In this document: piece by piece, positions 50,854 through 61,163 of the stretch
Position numbering within the stretch: position 1 is the first letter of the stretch
Layout: the number at the start of each line of letters is the position of its first letter
Assembly (NCBI GenBank): GCA_051918525.1
Contig: JBPPZI010000002.1
Span: 18,205 to 81,951 of the forward strand
Direction: 5' to 3'
From: Pseudogracilibacillus sp.
GTDB lineage: Bacteria > Bacillota > Bacilli > Bacillales > Amphibacillaceae
Length of the DNA stretch: 63,747 nucleotides
Notes under the pieces: model-generated
The model's input: the letters and a program-made list of their open reading frames with translations, nothing else
What the model was told of the DNA's origin: nothing
Database searches by the model: none
Translations under genes and position numbers: made by a program

Positions 50854-51594
50854 CTATTGTTTAACATTTTTAGTAGCTAGTGTTGTTAATTGATGAATTT
50901 CTTGCTTCGTTAAAGGGCGATATTTACCAGGCTGTAGCTGATGTACAGTGATTGGACCGTATTTTTCTCTTTTTAATTTTAAAACAGGATGTCCAATTTG
51001 CTCCATCATTCTTCTAATATGTCTGTTTTTCCCTTCATGTAATACTATCTCTAAAACCATTGTTTGTTTTCTTTTATCAACGGAAATAACTTTATAATTA
51101 ACAGCCTTTAATAAATCGTCTTTATCTTTCACACCTTTTACTAATTGATTTAATGACTCTTTCTTTGGTATACCCTTAATTTTAGCTATATACACTTTCT
51201 CAATTTCATGTTTGGGATGCATTAAAAGATTAGCAAAATCACCATCATTGGTTAGTAATAAGACACCAGACGTATTATAATCCAAACGACCGATCGGAAA
51301 AATACGCTCAGGAATGCTTTCCATTAAATCAATAACCGTCTCTCTATCTTTATCATCCTTAACTGATGTAATATAACCTCTAGGTTTATATAAAACATAA
51401 TAAACGAGTTTTTCTTTTTCTAGGGGGATTTCATCGACGGTAATCTCATCTTTTTGAGAAACTTTTGTACCTAATTTTGTAATCACCTTGTTATTCACTT
51501 TAACTCTTCCATCTAGTATTAAATCTTCTGCTTTTCTTCGTGATGTTAGCCCACTCTGTGCAATCACTTTTTGTAGCCTTTCAAAATTTGTCAT
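50854..51594 (-). CDS. rluB: Ribosomal large subunit pseudouridine synthase B
   Basis: S4 domain ERLQKVIA, GRLD, EGKNR.IRRM. Confidence 0.92.
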   Translation of the reverse strand: MTNFERLQKVIAQSGLTSRRKAEDLILDGRVKVNNKVITKLGTKVSQKDEITVDEIPLEKEKLVYYVLYKPRGYITSVKDDKDRETVIDLMESIPERIFPIGRLDYNTSGVLLLTNDGDFANLLMHPKHEIEKVYIAKIKGIPKKESLNQLVKGVKDKDDLLKAVNYKVISVDKRKQTMVLEIVLHEGKNRHIRRMMEQIGHPVLKLKREKYGPITVHQLQPGKYRPLTKQEIHQLTTLATKNVKQ

Positions 51595-51807
51595 GATATC
51601 ACCATATTTTTCCTTTAGTATGTATTATGTATATATTGAGGAAATTCAAACATATATTTAGCTCTGTTAAGCCTTAATTTATAATAGCACCTTAAAAGGT
51701 GGAAGAAAAGTGAAAGAAACCAGCCACTCTAGGAAGAACAGTGTTTAACTTTGAAAACATGTAAATAATTTAGCGAACAACAAAAAAAGCGTTAAAACTA
51801 ATTAACG

Positions 51808-52341
51808 CTAGCCAAACACTAGTTTAACAATTATGATAGAAGCGGAAATACCGACTATATCAGCCAGCAGACCAACCTTTAATGCATATCGCATCTTTTG
51901 GATACCTACTGCTCCAAAGTATATGGTTAAAATATAAAGCGTTGTATCTGTACTTCCTTGCATCGTTGCTGCAAGTCGTCCTATAAATGAATCTGGTCCG
52001 TAATGTTGAGTTAACTCCGTTGTCATTCCTAAAGCCGCCGTGCCTGAGATTGGCCGAATAAGTGCAAGTGGAAGTATCTCAGGTGGTATACCAAACCAAA
52101 CTAAAAGCGGTGTAATTAGTTCTATAAAAGCCTCTAATGCTCCAGAACTTCTAAGTATCGAAATAGAAACAATCATTCCTAGAAGGAAAGGAAGTAAGGA
52201 AAAGGCCATTTGTATTCCTTCTTTTCCTCCTTCGACAAATAACTCATATGAAGGTAATTTTTTATATGTAGCAACGAGCAACACGATTAAAATAAAACAA
52301 GGAATAATATAAGCACTAATTATCGTTAGATAACCCATCAC
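51808..52341 (-). CDS. spmB: Spore maturation protein B
   Basis: YE.FVEG.KEG, RPISG, GSTDTTLY. Confidence 0.95.
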   Translation of the reverse strand: MMGYLTIISAYIIPCFILIVLLVATYKKLPSYELFVEGGKEGIQMAFSLLPFLLGMIVSISILRSSGALEAFIELITPLLVWFGIPPEILPLALIRPISGTAALGMTTELTQHYGPDSFIGRLAATMQGSTDTTLYILTIYFGAVGIQKMRYALKVGLLADIVGISASIIIVKLVFG

Positions 52342-52937
52342 GATCCCTCTTTATCTTTAGAAGTATGATAAAAAAGTCGATCTAATAGAATGGCAGACAC
52401 TGTAGCAATAAGGGAAACTATAATTGTCGTACCTACAATTTCGGTCGGTGCCGAGGAATTATATTGCATCCGAATAGCAATTACAGTAGTCGGTATCAAT
52501 GTTAAACCTGATGTATTTAGGGCTAAGAAAGTAATCATTGACCTGGATGCAACTGGCGAATCGCTTAACTTTTTCATTTCTTCCATCGCTTTTAGCCCCA
52601 TTGGAGTTGCTGCATTACCAAGGCCAAACATATTGGCAGTTATGTTTGAAACAATATATCCAATTGCTGGATGATCTTTCGGTATTTCTGGGAAAAGCCT
52701 ATAAATTATCGGTCTAAAAATTTTCGCCAAAATAGTTAATATCCCAGCTTCTTGAGCAATTTTCATGATCCCTAACCAGAAGACTAAAATACTTATTAAC
52801 CCGATTGATAGAGTCACAGCTTCGCTTGCACTTTCGAATAAAGCTTTATTTACATTTTCTATTGTCCCATTAAACAAAGCATACACGATACCAATAATAG
52901 CCATTAACGCCCAAATTAAATTAACCATCGGAATCAA
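52338..52937 (-). CDS. spmA: Spore maturation protein A
   Basis: FWLGIM, ANMFGLGNAATP.G.KAM. Confidence 0.95.
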   Translation of the reverse strand: MIPMVNLIWALMAIIGIVYALFNGTIENVNKALFESASEAVTLSIGLISILVFWLGIMKIAQEAGILTILAKIFRPIIYRLFPEIPKDHPAIGYIVSNITANMFGLGNAATPMGLKAMEEMKKLSDSPVASRSMITFLALNTSGLTLIPTTVIAIRMQYNSSAPTEIVGTTIIVSLIATVSAILLDRLFYHTSKDKEGS

Positions 52938-54036
52938 ACCTTATTAGATTGTTAAAAGCATGTAGAATTTGTTCCCAAAATGATTCCTTATTAGAAGCGG
53001 TGTAATAAACAGGTACTTCTAATATATTTTCATCATTTATAGAATAAATGATTGTCCCCATTTTACTATCAGACGATGCTGATTCACTTGATAATTGTTT
53101 AATGAAAGCTTTTTTTCTTAGTTCTGTATGTTCGTCTTTACGAAGAGGGTAAAGTATATCTTCTTTGATTAAACCTGTTAGGAATGTTTCTTCTGATACA
53201 AATGTTCTCTTCCCTTTGCTTTCTAATTTCACTAATTTATGTTCATTAAAGCCATATTCAAATAAGGCAGTATGGTCGTTCCAATCATCGGGTCCATTTA
53301 ATGTAACAGCAATCAATGACAATTTCTTATCTGACGCAGTTGTTACAAGTGTCCGCCCTGCTTTTTTAGTATATCCAGTTTTCCCTCCAGTACAGTGTTC
53401 GTAATATTGTGTTAGTAATTTGTTTTTATTTTTCCATTTATATGTCCGATTGTCTGAAAGAAAATCTTCTGTTCCGGAAATTTTTTTAAATGTTTCGTTT
53501 TCCATTGCATATTTCATTAAAATTGCAATATCGTAAGCGGAGGAATAATGGCCATCTTCATCTAATCCATGGGGATTTTTAAAGTTTGTGTTTGTCATAC
53601 CTAAATACTTAGCTTTTTCATTCATTAGAAAGGCGAAACCTTCTTCACTTCCCCCAATATGTTCGGCAATCGCAACCGCAGCATCATTTCCTGATCTAAG
53701 CATAAGGCCGTATAGTAAATCTTCTAAAGACATTTTTTCGTTTTTTTGTAAATAAATCGATGAACCTTCTGTATGTATCGCATTATTACTAGCTTTCACT
53801 TTTTCTTTTAAATCGCCTTGTTCGATAGCAATAATGGCAGTCATCACTTTTGTAATACTTGCGACGGGTTTTCTTTCATGTGCTTGTTTTTCAAATAAAA
53901 TCCTACCAGTAGTTTCTTCAATCAAGACAGCATTATTTGCTGAAACAGAAATATCTTCCATAGATTGTCCATTTGCTGGGAATAAAAAAAGAAATATAAA
54001 TAATAGAATAGTAGCACGAACAATAAATAGGCGCAT
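52921..54036 (-). CDS. dacB: D-alanyl-D-alanine carboxypeptidase (PBP5*)
   Basis: ASITK, SGN, KTG motifs; first gene of dacB-spmAB. Confidence 0.92.
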   Translation of the reverse strand: MRLFIVRATILLFIFLFLFPANGQSMEDISVSANNAVLIEETTGRILFEKQAHERKPVASITKVMTAIIAIEQGDLKEKVKASNNAIHTEGSSIYLQKNEKMSLEDLLYGLMLRSGNDAAVAIAEHIGGSEEGFAFLMNEKAKYLGMTNTNFKNPHGLDEDGHYSSAYDIAILMKYAMENETFKKISGTEDFLSDNRTYKWKNKNKLLTQYYEHCTGGKTGYTKKAGRTLVTTASDKKLSLIAVTLNGPDDWNDHTALFEYGFNEHKLVKLESKGKRTFVSEETFLTGLIKEDILYPLRKDEHTELRKKAFIKQLSSESASSDSKMGTIIYSINDENILEVPVYYTASNKESFWEQILHAFNNLIRFDSDG

Positions 54037-54066
54037 AAAATTCCTCCTATCCAGTGGATATAGTCT

Positions 54067-54094
54067 ATTTTATGCGCCAAGCTAAGACATATGA
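54067..54094 (-). promoter_or_regulatory. Putative sigma-E promoter of dacB-spmAB
   Basis: Minus strand TCATATG-13 nt-CATAAAAT. Confidence 0.55.
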
Positions 54095-54141
54095 TTATTT
54101 CTTCAAGCCCGTTTCGTATTTTTAGTTGCCCTTCTTATTAA

Positions 54142-54590
54142 CAGTTGAGGGAAACTGTGGAGTAGTGAAAATTTGTAAACCTAGTTGGTAAACCGTTGAT
54201 TTCCAGTGTGGAAATAAAAACGAAGCTACAAAGCAAAATACCGCTACGGAAATACATTCCGCTTTCCGCGGGCGGCTGTTGAGCCTTCTTGTGCTAACGC
54301 ACTGCGTGGTCTCACCGAGGCCTTTCCTCCCACAGGAGTCTCCGTGCATTTCCTCCGCTAGAGTGTGTTTGATAAACAACTCTGCACAGTTGTTACTACA
54401 ATCTCAATGGTTGATTGGAGCCGGAGGGCAGTCGACTCCTGTGGGAAAAGCACGTGTCTGAAGCCTCTGAAGCAGTGGTTTTCTGCTTCAGAGGCAGACC
54501 GCCGTGCCCACGGAAAGCGAACTGCCCGGAGGCGGAAATCAACAATGTTGAGACTAGGTTTAAAATCATTTCTACTCAACAGTTTATGGA
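54142..54590. repeat. Repeat family A, copy A5 (at synteny breakpoint)
   Basis: gggaaactgtggagtagtgaaaattt end, modules 1 and 2, tactcaacagtttatgga end. Confidence 0.92.
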
Positions 54591-54606
54591 TAAACCTACT
54601 AATATT

Positions 54607-55230
54607 TTATAATGGATAATTTTTCAAAAAGTAAACAAATGATTGCAGTTCAACTGATAAATCAATATGATGTATGCGAACATCTTCTGGAAGCGTAAGT
54701 CTAGCTGGTGTAAAATTGACGATTCCTTTTACCCCTTGTTGAACGACTCGATCAGCGATTTCTTGAGCGGCAGATGCTGGTACAGTTAGGATTACAACTT
54801 CAACATCCCCAATTTTTTCTTCTAAATCATCGATATGATAAATTGGCACACCTCCGATAAATGTGCCAGCTTTCTTCTTGGAACGATCAAATGCCATCGC
54901 TAATTTTGTATTATTATTTCTTGAAAAGTTATAATTAAGCAATGCTGTCCCCAGGTTGCCAACGCCAACTAAAGCTACTTCTGTCATTTCATCATGTGCC
55001 AACGTCGTTTTAAAAAACTCAAGCAAATAATCCACATTATAACCGTATCCTTTTTTCCCCAAAGCCCCAAAATAGGAAAAGTCTCTACGAATGGTTGCAG
55101 AATCAACTTTTACTGCATCACTTAACTCTTTTGAAGATACACGTGTTTTTCCTTGATTATGTAGATTGGATAAAAATCGATAATATAAAGGTAAACGTCT
55201 AGCTGTTGCTTGTGGTATTTTATGTTGCAA
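54607..55230 (-). CDS. rex: Redox-sensing transcriptional repressor Rex
   Basis: [26 protein letters not shown]. Confidence 0.97.
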   Translation of the reverse strand: MQHKIPQATARRLPLYYRFLSNLHNQGKTRVSSKELSDAVKVDSATIRRDFSYFGALGKKGYGYNVDYLLEFFKTTLAHDEMTEVALVGVGNLGTALLNYNFSRNNNTKLAMAFDRSKKKAGTFIGGVPIYHIDDLEEKIGDVEVVILTVPASAAQEIADRVVQQGVKGIVNFTPARLTLPEDVRIHHIDLSVELQSFVYFLKNYPL

Positions 55231-55257
55231 ATTGGTTCCCCCTCTTTCTAATTTCCT

Positions 55258-55746
55258 TTATATTTCGTCGCGTGAAAAATCTCCTGATTTTCCACCTGTT
55301 TTTGACACTAAATATGTTTCCCCAATGACAATACCTTTATCGATCGCCTTACACATATCATATACAGTGAGTGCCGTTGCCGTAGCTGCAGTCAATGCTT
55401 CCATTTCAACACCTGTTGAACCTTTCGTTTTAACAGTAACGTTTATTATTAATTTATACTTTTCATCCGTTTTTTTCCAATCAAAAATTATATCAACTCC
55501 ACTTAAAGATAGTGGGTGACACATCGGAATCCAATTAGAAGTATTTTTAGCTGCCATAATCCCTGCTACTTGAGCAACTGCTAAAACATCCCCTTTAGCT
55601 ATTTGATTCTCGGTTATTTTCTTATAAATTTCTTCTATTACATAAACGCTAGTTTGTGCAGTAGCAATCCGAACAGTAGTCTTTTTATCTGAAATATCGA
55701 CCATTTTGGCACGGCCTTGTTCATTAAAATGGGTGAAATTTGACAT
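55258..55746 (-). CDS. moaC: Cyclic pyranopterin monophosphate synthase
   Basis: [32 protein letters not shown]. Confidence 0.97.
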   Translation of the reverse strand: MSNFTHFNEQGRAKMVDISDKKTTVRIATAQTSVYVIEEIYKKITENQIAKGDVLAVAQVAGIMAAKNTSNWIPMCHPLSLSGVDIIFDWKKTDEKYKLIINVTVKTKGSTGVEMEALTAATATALTVYDMCKAIDKGIVIGETYLVSKTGGKSGDFSRDEI

Positions 55747-55898
55747 CGATTATTCACTCTTTCACATATATTCTATACATAGTTTAGCAGATATAGTCAG
55801 ATAAGTCCGATATAAAAGCCTTTTCTATCTCAAGTTGACTCAAGTTGATAGGAATTGCAGAGTAGTTATTAAATAGGATACACTTAAATAGGAATGGG

Positions 55899-57821
55899 GT
55901 GTACAACATGATTTTAATGCAATTAAAAAATATCGTGAAGTCCTTTGCTGGTGACGTTATATTACATGACATTAATATGGAAATTCAACATAGAGACCGC
56001 ATTGCAATCGTAGGACGAAATGGTGCGGGTAAATCAACCTTACTTAAAATTATGACAGGTGAAATGGATTACGATCATGGTGAAATTTTTAAAACGAAAG
56101 ATTTGACGATTGGTTATTTAGCACAACATAATGATTTAGTTTCCACGCATACTATTTGGGAGGAAATGCTGTCTGTATTCACTATATTTATTGAAGAGGA
56201 AATAGAGTTAGCTAATCTTGCAGCGGAAATTGAGAAAAAAAGTTCTAATGGGAAATATGATGAAAAACTAATTAATGAATATAGCAGACGGCAAGAGAAA
56301 TTTGAACAAAATGGCGGTTACCGTTATAGAAGTGATGTAAAAGGTGTTTTAATCGGTCTTGGTTTTCCCGAAGAAGACTTTGATTTGTATGTTAATGACT
56401 TAAGTGGTGGACAAAAAACACGTCTTTCACTCGGAAAGCTTTTATTGCAGAGGCCAAAGTTGTTAATTTTGGATGAGCCAACGAACCATTTGGATATTTC
56501 CACATTAACTTGGTTAGAAAATTATTTAAGTAATTATGAAGGAGCACTACTAATCGTATCGCATGATCGCTATTTTTTAGATAAAATCGTAAATATAGTT
56601 TACGAAGTTGCTCATAAGCGAACATATAAATATCATGGATCCTACTCAAAGTTTCTGCAACAAAAGGCGTTAAACTATGAACGAGATTTGAAAATGTATG
56701 AACGCCAACAACAAGAAATGAAGGAAATGGAGGACTTCATTCAACGCAATATCGCCAGGGCTTCCACAACGAAGCGTGCGCAAAGCAGACGAAAACAATT
56801 AGAAAGAATAGAAAAAATTGATCGACCATTAGGTGACGAATCAAGTGCCTCTTTTTCTTTTGGAATCGAAAAAACAAGTGGTAATGATGTCCTCTCTGTC
56901 AATGACTTTTCCTATACGCATCCGGACGAAAGTGAAGCTCTATTTAAAAATGTTTCTTTCAACCTTCATCGTGGTGAAAGAGTTGCACTAATTGGGGAAA
57001 ACGGTATCGGCAAAACTACTCTATTAAAAGCAATTATGCTAAACAATCAGGAAAATATAATATTAGGATCCAATGTACAAATTGGATACTATGCTCAAGA
57101 ACAAGAAAATTTAACTCCTAAAAATACGGTATTAGCGGAAGTATGGGATGAATTTCCGAATAAAACAGAGCAAGAAATTCGGACCGTCTTAGGTAATTTT
57201 TTATTCTCTGGTGAAGAAGTGGAAAAAAATATTTTTATGTTAAGTGGTGGAGAAAAAGCAAGAGTTTCTCTAGCTAAATTAATGTTAAAACGGGCAAACT
57301 TTCTAATATTGGATGAACCGACAAACCATTTGGATCTCATGAGTAAAGAAGTGCTCGAAGCTGCATTACAGGATTACGCAGGAACTATTTTATTTGTTTC
57401 TCATGACAGGTATTTTATTAATAAAATTGCTGATAAAGTTTTCGATTTAAAACAAGATGGTGTCACAGTTTATCTCGGAGATTATGATTATTATTTAGAA
57501 AAAATCCTGGAACAAGAAGAAATTAAAATGCTGGAGAAAAACAAGATTATACAAGACAAGGATAATCCTAATGATGCGCAGTTATCATTTACTGAACAAA
57601 AGAAATTACAAAGTGAACAGAGAAAGAAAGCAAGACAAATAACTAAACTGGAAAATGAAATTGAAAGCTTAGAATTAAAACTGGAAGAAACCGAATTGTC
57701 CATGACTGATCCTAATAATTTTAATGATCATGAAAAACTATTGAAACTTACAACAGAATCAAACGAAATAAAAGAACAGATTGAACATTTAATGGAAGAA
57801 TGGACAACGCTCCAGGAATAA
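55899..57821 (+). CDS. ydiF: ABC-F family ATPase YdiF
   Basis: Two NBDs (GRNGAGKS, GENGIGKT, LDEPTNHLD twice), no TM segments; synteny. Confidence 0.9.
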   Translation: MYNMILMQLKNIVKSFAGDVILHDINMEIQHRDRIAIVGRNGAGKSTLLKIMTGEMDYDHGEIFKTKDLTIGYLAQHNDLVSTHTIWEEMLSVFTIFIEEEIELANLAAEIEKKSSNGKYDEKLINEYSRRQEKFEQNGGYRYRSDVKGVLIGLGFPEEDFDLYVNDLSGGQKTRLSLGKLLLQRPKLLILDEPTNHLDISTLTWLENYLSNYEGALLIVSHDRYFLDKIVNIVYEVAHKRTYKYHGSYSKFLQQKALNYERDLKMYERQQQEMKEMEDFIQRNIARASTTKRAQSRRKQLERIEKIDRPLGDESSASFSFGIEKTSGNDVLSVNDFSYTHPDESEALFKNVSFNLHRGERVALIGENGIGKTTLLKAIMLNNQENIILGSNVQIGYYAQEQENLTPKNTVLAEVWDEFPNKTEQEIRTVLGNFLFSGEEVEKNIFMLSGGEKARVSLAKLMLKRANFLILDEPTNHLDLMSKEVLEAALQDYAGTILFVSHDRYFINKIADKVFDLKQDGVTVYLGDYDYYLEKILEQEEIKMLEKNKIIQDKDNPNDAQLSFTEQKKLQSEQRKKARQITKLENEIESLELKLEETELSMTDPNNFNDHEKLLKLTTESNEIKEQIEHLMEEWTTLQE

Positions 57822-57824
57822 AGT

Positions 57825-57862
57825 AAAACAGCTTGTAAGATTTTTTGTACAAGCTGTTTTTT
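57825..57862 (+). terminator. Terminator after ydiF
   Basis: aaaacagcttgta/tacaagctgtttt stem plus T-tract. Confidence 0.8.
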
Positions 57863-57994
57863 GTAATAATCACTTTATTAGTTTTTGCGATTTTTAAAAC
57901 CTACCCCACTTACTTTCTAAGAAATATGTATTGGTTACAGTTTCAGATCATGCTTGATGGAAAGTATACCATAATACGGATAGATTTAAGAACG

Positions 57995-58036
57995 AAAATA
58001 AAAATCGTTGAAAGGGATCTCCTTCCAACGATTTTA
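57995..58036 (-). terminator. Terminator after rodA-like gene
   Basis: aaaatcgttg/caacgatttt stem. Confidence 0.65.
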
Positions 58037-58086
58037 CTAATAACGAAAAGGATATTTTTATATTTTTCCCGTTCATTTATCCACAA

Positions 58087-59280
58087 CTAATTAAATAAGA
58101 AATCCTGTTGACGCGACTGCTCAACCGCTACACGATAAACTATACCATATCCAATCATTGTTGATAATATAGTACTTCCTCCATAACTTATAAATAAGAG
58201 TGGTATCCCGGTTATTGGCATGATCCCAATCGTCATTCCAATATTTTGGAACGTGTGAATTAGTATTAAAGCCATAAACCCAAAACAGACATAGGAACCG
58301 TAAGGACTAAATTGAAAGCTTTTCATTCCGAGAGTTACCAATTTATAGATCAGTAAAAAGAATACAAAAATAACAATAGAAGCACCAATAAATCCAAAAC
58401 TTTCTCCAATTATCGAAAAGATAAAATCTGTATGTGCTTCAGGTAGAGCAACTTCCGGATTATTCATGCCTTTTCCTGTTAATTGTCCAGATCCAATCGT
58501 AAGTAGGGAACGATCAATTTGATACCGATCATCTTCTACTTGTTGCGTTGGATCAAACCATGTCATAACTCGATCAATTTGATAAGGTTTAATTCCCAAA
58601 ACCGTTTGTGACAACTCCGGGAAATTGACAATTAAGAGTACTGCCATAACAAGTGCGGCAATTCCACCTACTATCATAACAAAAAGAATCTTCCAATCAA
58701 TACCAGACATGATTATTAACATTCCCGCTATAAAGAAAAATACAACAGACGTTCCTAAATCCGGTTGTTTTAATATGAACACTACCGGAAGAATGGTTAT
58801 TAGTATAATTTTTAATATTAACCACAAATCACTATTTACCGTATTATTTACGAACTTTTCTTTATGCTTCACAATGATTGCGGCTAAAAACATAATAAAT
58901 ACTATTTTCGTTATTTCAGATGGCTGTATTGTTATAAATGGTATTTCATTAAACCAACTCTTAGACCCATTCACAGGACGAGCAATTGAATGTGGACTAA
59001 AATGCAAAATAACAACCAATAACACTCCAAATATATAAAAATAAAGACTAGACTTATATAATTGCTCCAAATCAAAAAATTGAAGAGCGATTAAAAGAAA
59101 AATCCCTATTGCATAGTAAATAACTTGTTTTAACACAAAGTTTCCTTCATTCTGATATTGTCCAAGCTGTTGCGCATTAAAAATTGCCAAAAGACTAATG
59201 ACGATAAAAGCTAATAATAAAATGATAAGATCAAGCTGTAAATAATGTGATTGTTTCTTTGACATTTTGTCTAACACCAA
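58087..59280 (-). CDS. rodA: SEDS family peptidoglycan polymerase (RodA/FtsW)
   Basis: QPSE..K, QPDLGT, IGSG.L.GKG, PEAHTDFIF, GIPL.FISYGGS. Confidence 0.8.
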   Translation of the reverse strand: MVLDKMSKKQSHYLQLDLIILLLAFIVISLLAIFNAQQLGQYQNEGNFVLKQVIYYAIGIFLLIALQFFDLEQLYKSSLYFYIFGVLLVVILHFSPHSIARPVNGSKSWFNEIPFITIQPSEITKIVFIMFLAAIIVKHKEKFVNNTVNSDLWLILKIILITILPVVFILKQPDLGTSVVFFFIAGMLIIMSGIDWKILFVMIVGGIAALVMAVLLIVNFPELSQTVLGIKPYQIDRVMTWFDPTQQVEDDRYQIDRSLLTIGSGQLTGKGMNNPEVALPEAHTDFIFSIIGESFGFIGASIVIFVFFLLIYKLVTLGMKSFQFSPYGSYVCFGFMALILIHTFQNIGMTIGIMPITGIPLLFISYGGSTILSTMIGYGIVYRVAVEQSRQQDFLFN

Positions 59281-59576
59281 ATTTCTAAATTAAAATAAAC
59301 AAAAGCGAACATGAAGAAGTTTTGATTCAGATTGAGTATAAACGGACAAGACCTTAAGTGCAAACATTGAGTCAGAAAGGCATACTTTTAGTTTGTTTTC
59401 ATTCCCTTTCGAACTAGATATCTTTAAGTGTAACATTATACCTGAATTGGCCTCTGGCAATTGTGTTTTCTTGAATCATTACGGAACCTCCACCAATGAC
59501 GGAAGGAGTTAAAATAACATTAAAGATAATAAAACACACTTGTTTTATTATAAATCTTTTTACAGTATTTTTCTAG

Positions 59577-59691
59577 TTATCCACAATGGTTTATTTAAAA
59601 ACCTTTATTCACATACTTATTCACAAGCACCGGATTGCTATGCTCTATTTAATAACATTTATGCACAACTCTGTGGATAGTCTGTGTATAA
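59577..59691. promoter_or_regulatory. DnaA-box cluster (six boxes)
   Basis: ttatccaca 59577, ttattcaca 59605 and 59617, ttatgcaca 59659, tgtggatag 59672, tgtgtataa 59683; position matches the gcp-ydiF DnaA-binding cluster of B. subtilis. Confidence 0.85.
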
Positions 59692-60717
59692 TTATGTTAA
59701 TTCTATTGATGCTTTTCCGTTTAAATCCCAAGATGCAAATTTTCCTTGACGATATTTAATGCTAGCTGCAGCTGCGATCATTGCCGCGTTATCTGTACAA
59801 AGCTGAATGGCTGGAATGTGAACCGGAATAGTTGTATCAATAAATTTCTCATTAATTTTAGATCGTAACCCTTTATTAGCCGCCACTCCTCCAGCTACTA
59901 TCACCTGTTTTACTTTGTTTTGCATTGCAGCACGGTATGTTTTTTCCGTTAATACATCCACAACACTCGCTTGAAAACTTGCTGCAATATCTTCTTTTAT
60001 AATTTCTTCTTTGCGCTGTTGTTTGTTATGAATATAATTAATTACAGCTGATTTTAATCCGCTAAAACTAAAATCAAAGCTATCTTTTTCTAACCATGCT
60101 CTTGGGAAATCAAGAATATCCTTCCCTTCTTGAGCTAGTCGATCAATATGTGGTCCTCCTGGATACGGTAAATCGAGTGATCTTGCAATTTTATCATATG
60201 CTTCTCCTGCCGCATCGTCTAAAGTCTCACCAATTAATTCATATGCTCCATGCTCACGCATTAAAACCAGTTCAGTATGTCCGCCTGAGACAATTAATGC
60301 AAGAAGCGGAAAGTCAAACTCTGTTTCTAATTGATTTGCATATATATGACCAGCTATATGGTGAACACCAATCAATGGTTTATTTTTCGCAAATGCCAGA
60401 GCTTTAGCTGCATTTATGCCCACTAAAAGTGCTCCGATTAAACCAGGTCCTTCTGTCACAGCAATGGCGTCAATTTTTTCCCAAGTTATATTTGAATGTT
60501 GAAATGCTTCCTCCAAAACAACTGTTATTTGGTCTGTATGTTGTCTTGAAGCAATTTCAGGGACGACACCACCAAATCGTTTATGACTTTCTATTTGGGA
60601 AGAAACGACATTTGCGAGTGTTTCCTTTCCATTCTTCACAATTGCAACAGCTGTTTCATCACAACTTGTCTCAATACCTAAAATAATATGATTTTTATTC
60701 AATATAAGTTCACCCAC
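59692..60717 (-). CDS. tsaD: tRNA N6-threonylcarbamoyladenosine synthesis protein TsaD
   Basis: [32 protein letters not shown]. Confidence 0.97.
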   Translation of the reverse strand: MGELILNKNHIILGIETSCDETAVAIVKNGKETLANVVSSQIESHKRFGGVVPEIASRQHTDQITVVLEEAFQHSNITWEKIDAIAVTEGPGLIGALLVGINAAKALAFAKNKPLIGVHHIAGHIYANQLETEFDFPLLALIVSGGHTELVLMREHGAYELIGETLDDAAGEAYDKIARSLDLPYPGGPHIDRLAQEGKDILDFPRAWLEKDSFDFSFSGLKSAVINYIHNKQQRKEEIIKEDIAASFQASVVDVLTEKTYRAAMQNKVKQVIVAGGVAANKGLRSKINEKFIDTTIPVHIPAIQLCTDNAAMIAAAASIKYRQGKFASWDLNGKASIELT

Positions 60718-61163
60718 ATTACTAATGCATCTTCGCCGTTATCGGAATAATAATTTTTTCGAATTCCTCCAGGTACGAGACCAAATTTACGATACATCTT
60801 TTGAGCAATGATATTCGATACACGTACTTCTAAAGATAAACAACTCGCACCTTTTTTAATAGCATACTGGACAGCAAATCCAAATAATTTTTCACCAATT
60901 TTATAACCCCTATACGTTGGTAATAATGCTATGTTTGTTATTTGTGCATCATCTTCTACAATCCATAATCCAACATAACCGATAATTTTTTCTTTGTCTT
61001 CTTCGATCACAAAATAATGAGCGTAGTTATTCTGATCAATTTCCTGTACAAATATTTCCTTTGTCCAGGGCATGGAAAAAGAAGCATTATCTACTACCAT
61101 TACATCCTTAATATCATTTATGTTCATTTCTCTAATTGAAAACTCAGCCATGTTGATAATCAT
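60699..61163 (-). CDS. rimI: Ribosomal-protein-alanine N-acetyltransferase
   Basis: GNAT, LEVRVSN..A..MY, RKNYY..EDA.VM. Confidence 0.92.
   Translation of the reverse strand: MIINMAEFSIREMNINDIKDVMVVDNASFSMPWTKEIFVQEIDQNNYAHYFVIEEDKEKIIGYVGLWIVEDDAQITNIALLPTYRGYKIGEKLFGFAVQYAIKKGASCLSLEVRVSNIIAQKMYRKFGLVPGGIRKNYYSDNGEDALVMWVNLY

Noticed and set aside
51655-51785. Degenerate AT-rich repeat-like ends between rluB and spmB (similar fragments near 27215 and 44445)
   Set aside because: Too degenerate to define boundaries or a family by eye
87-54619. Short ORFs within repeats (87-311, 1544-1796, 14968-15177, 25466-26025, 34710-34934, 44051-44482, 54122-54619)
   Set aside because: They arise from GC-rich repeat DNA; frames, starts and stops differ among copies and there are no RBSs
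59577-59691. DnaA boxes as oriC
   Set aside because: No dnaA/dnaN/rpmH nearby; the position matches a known non-origin cluster
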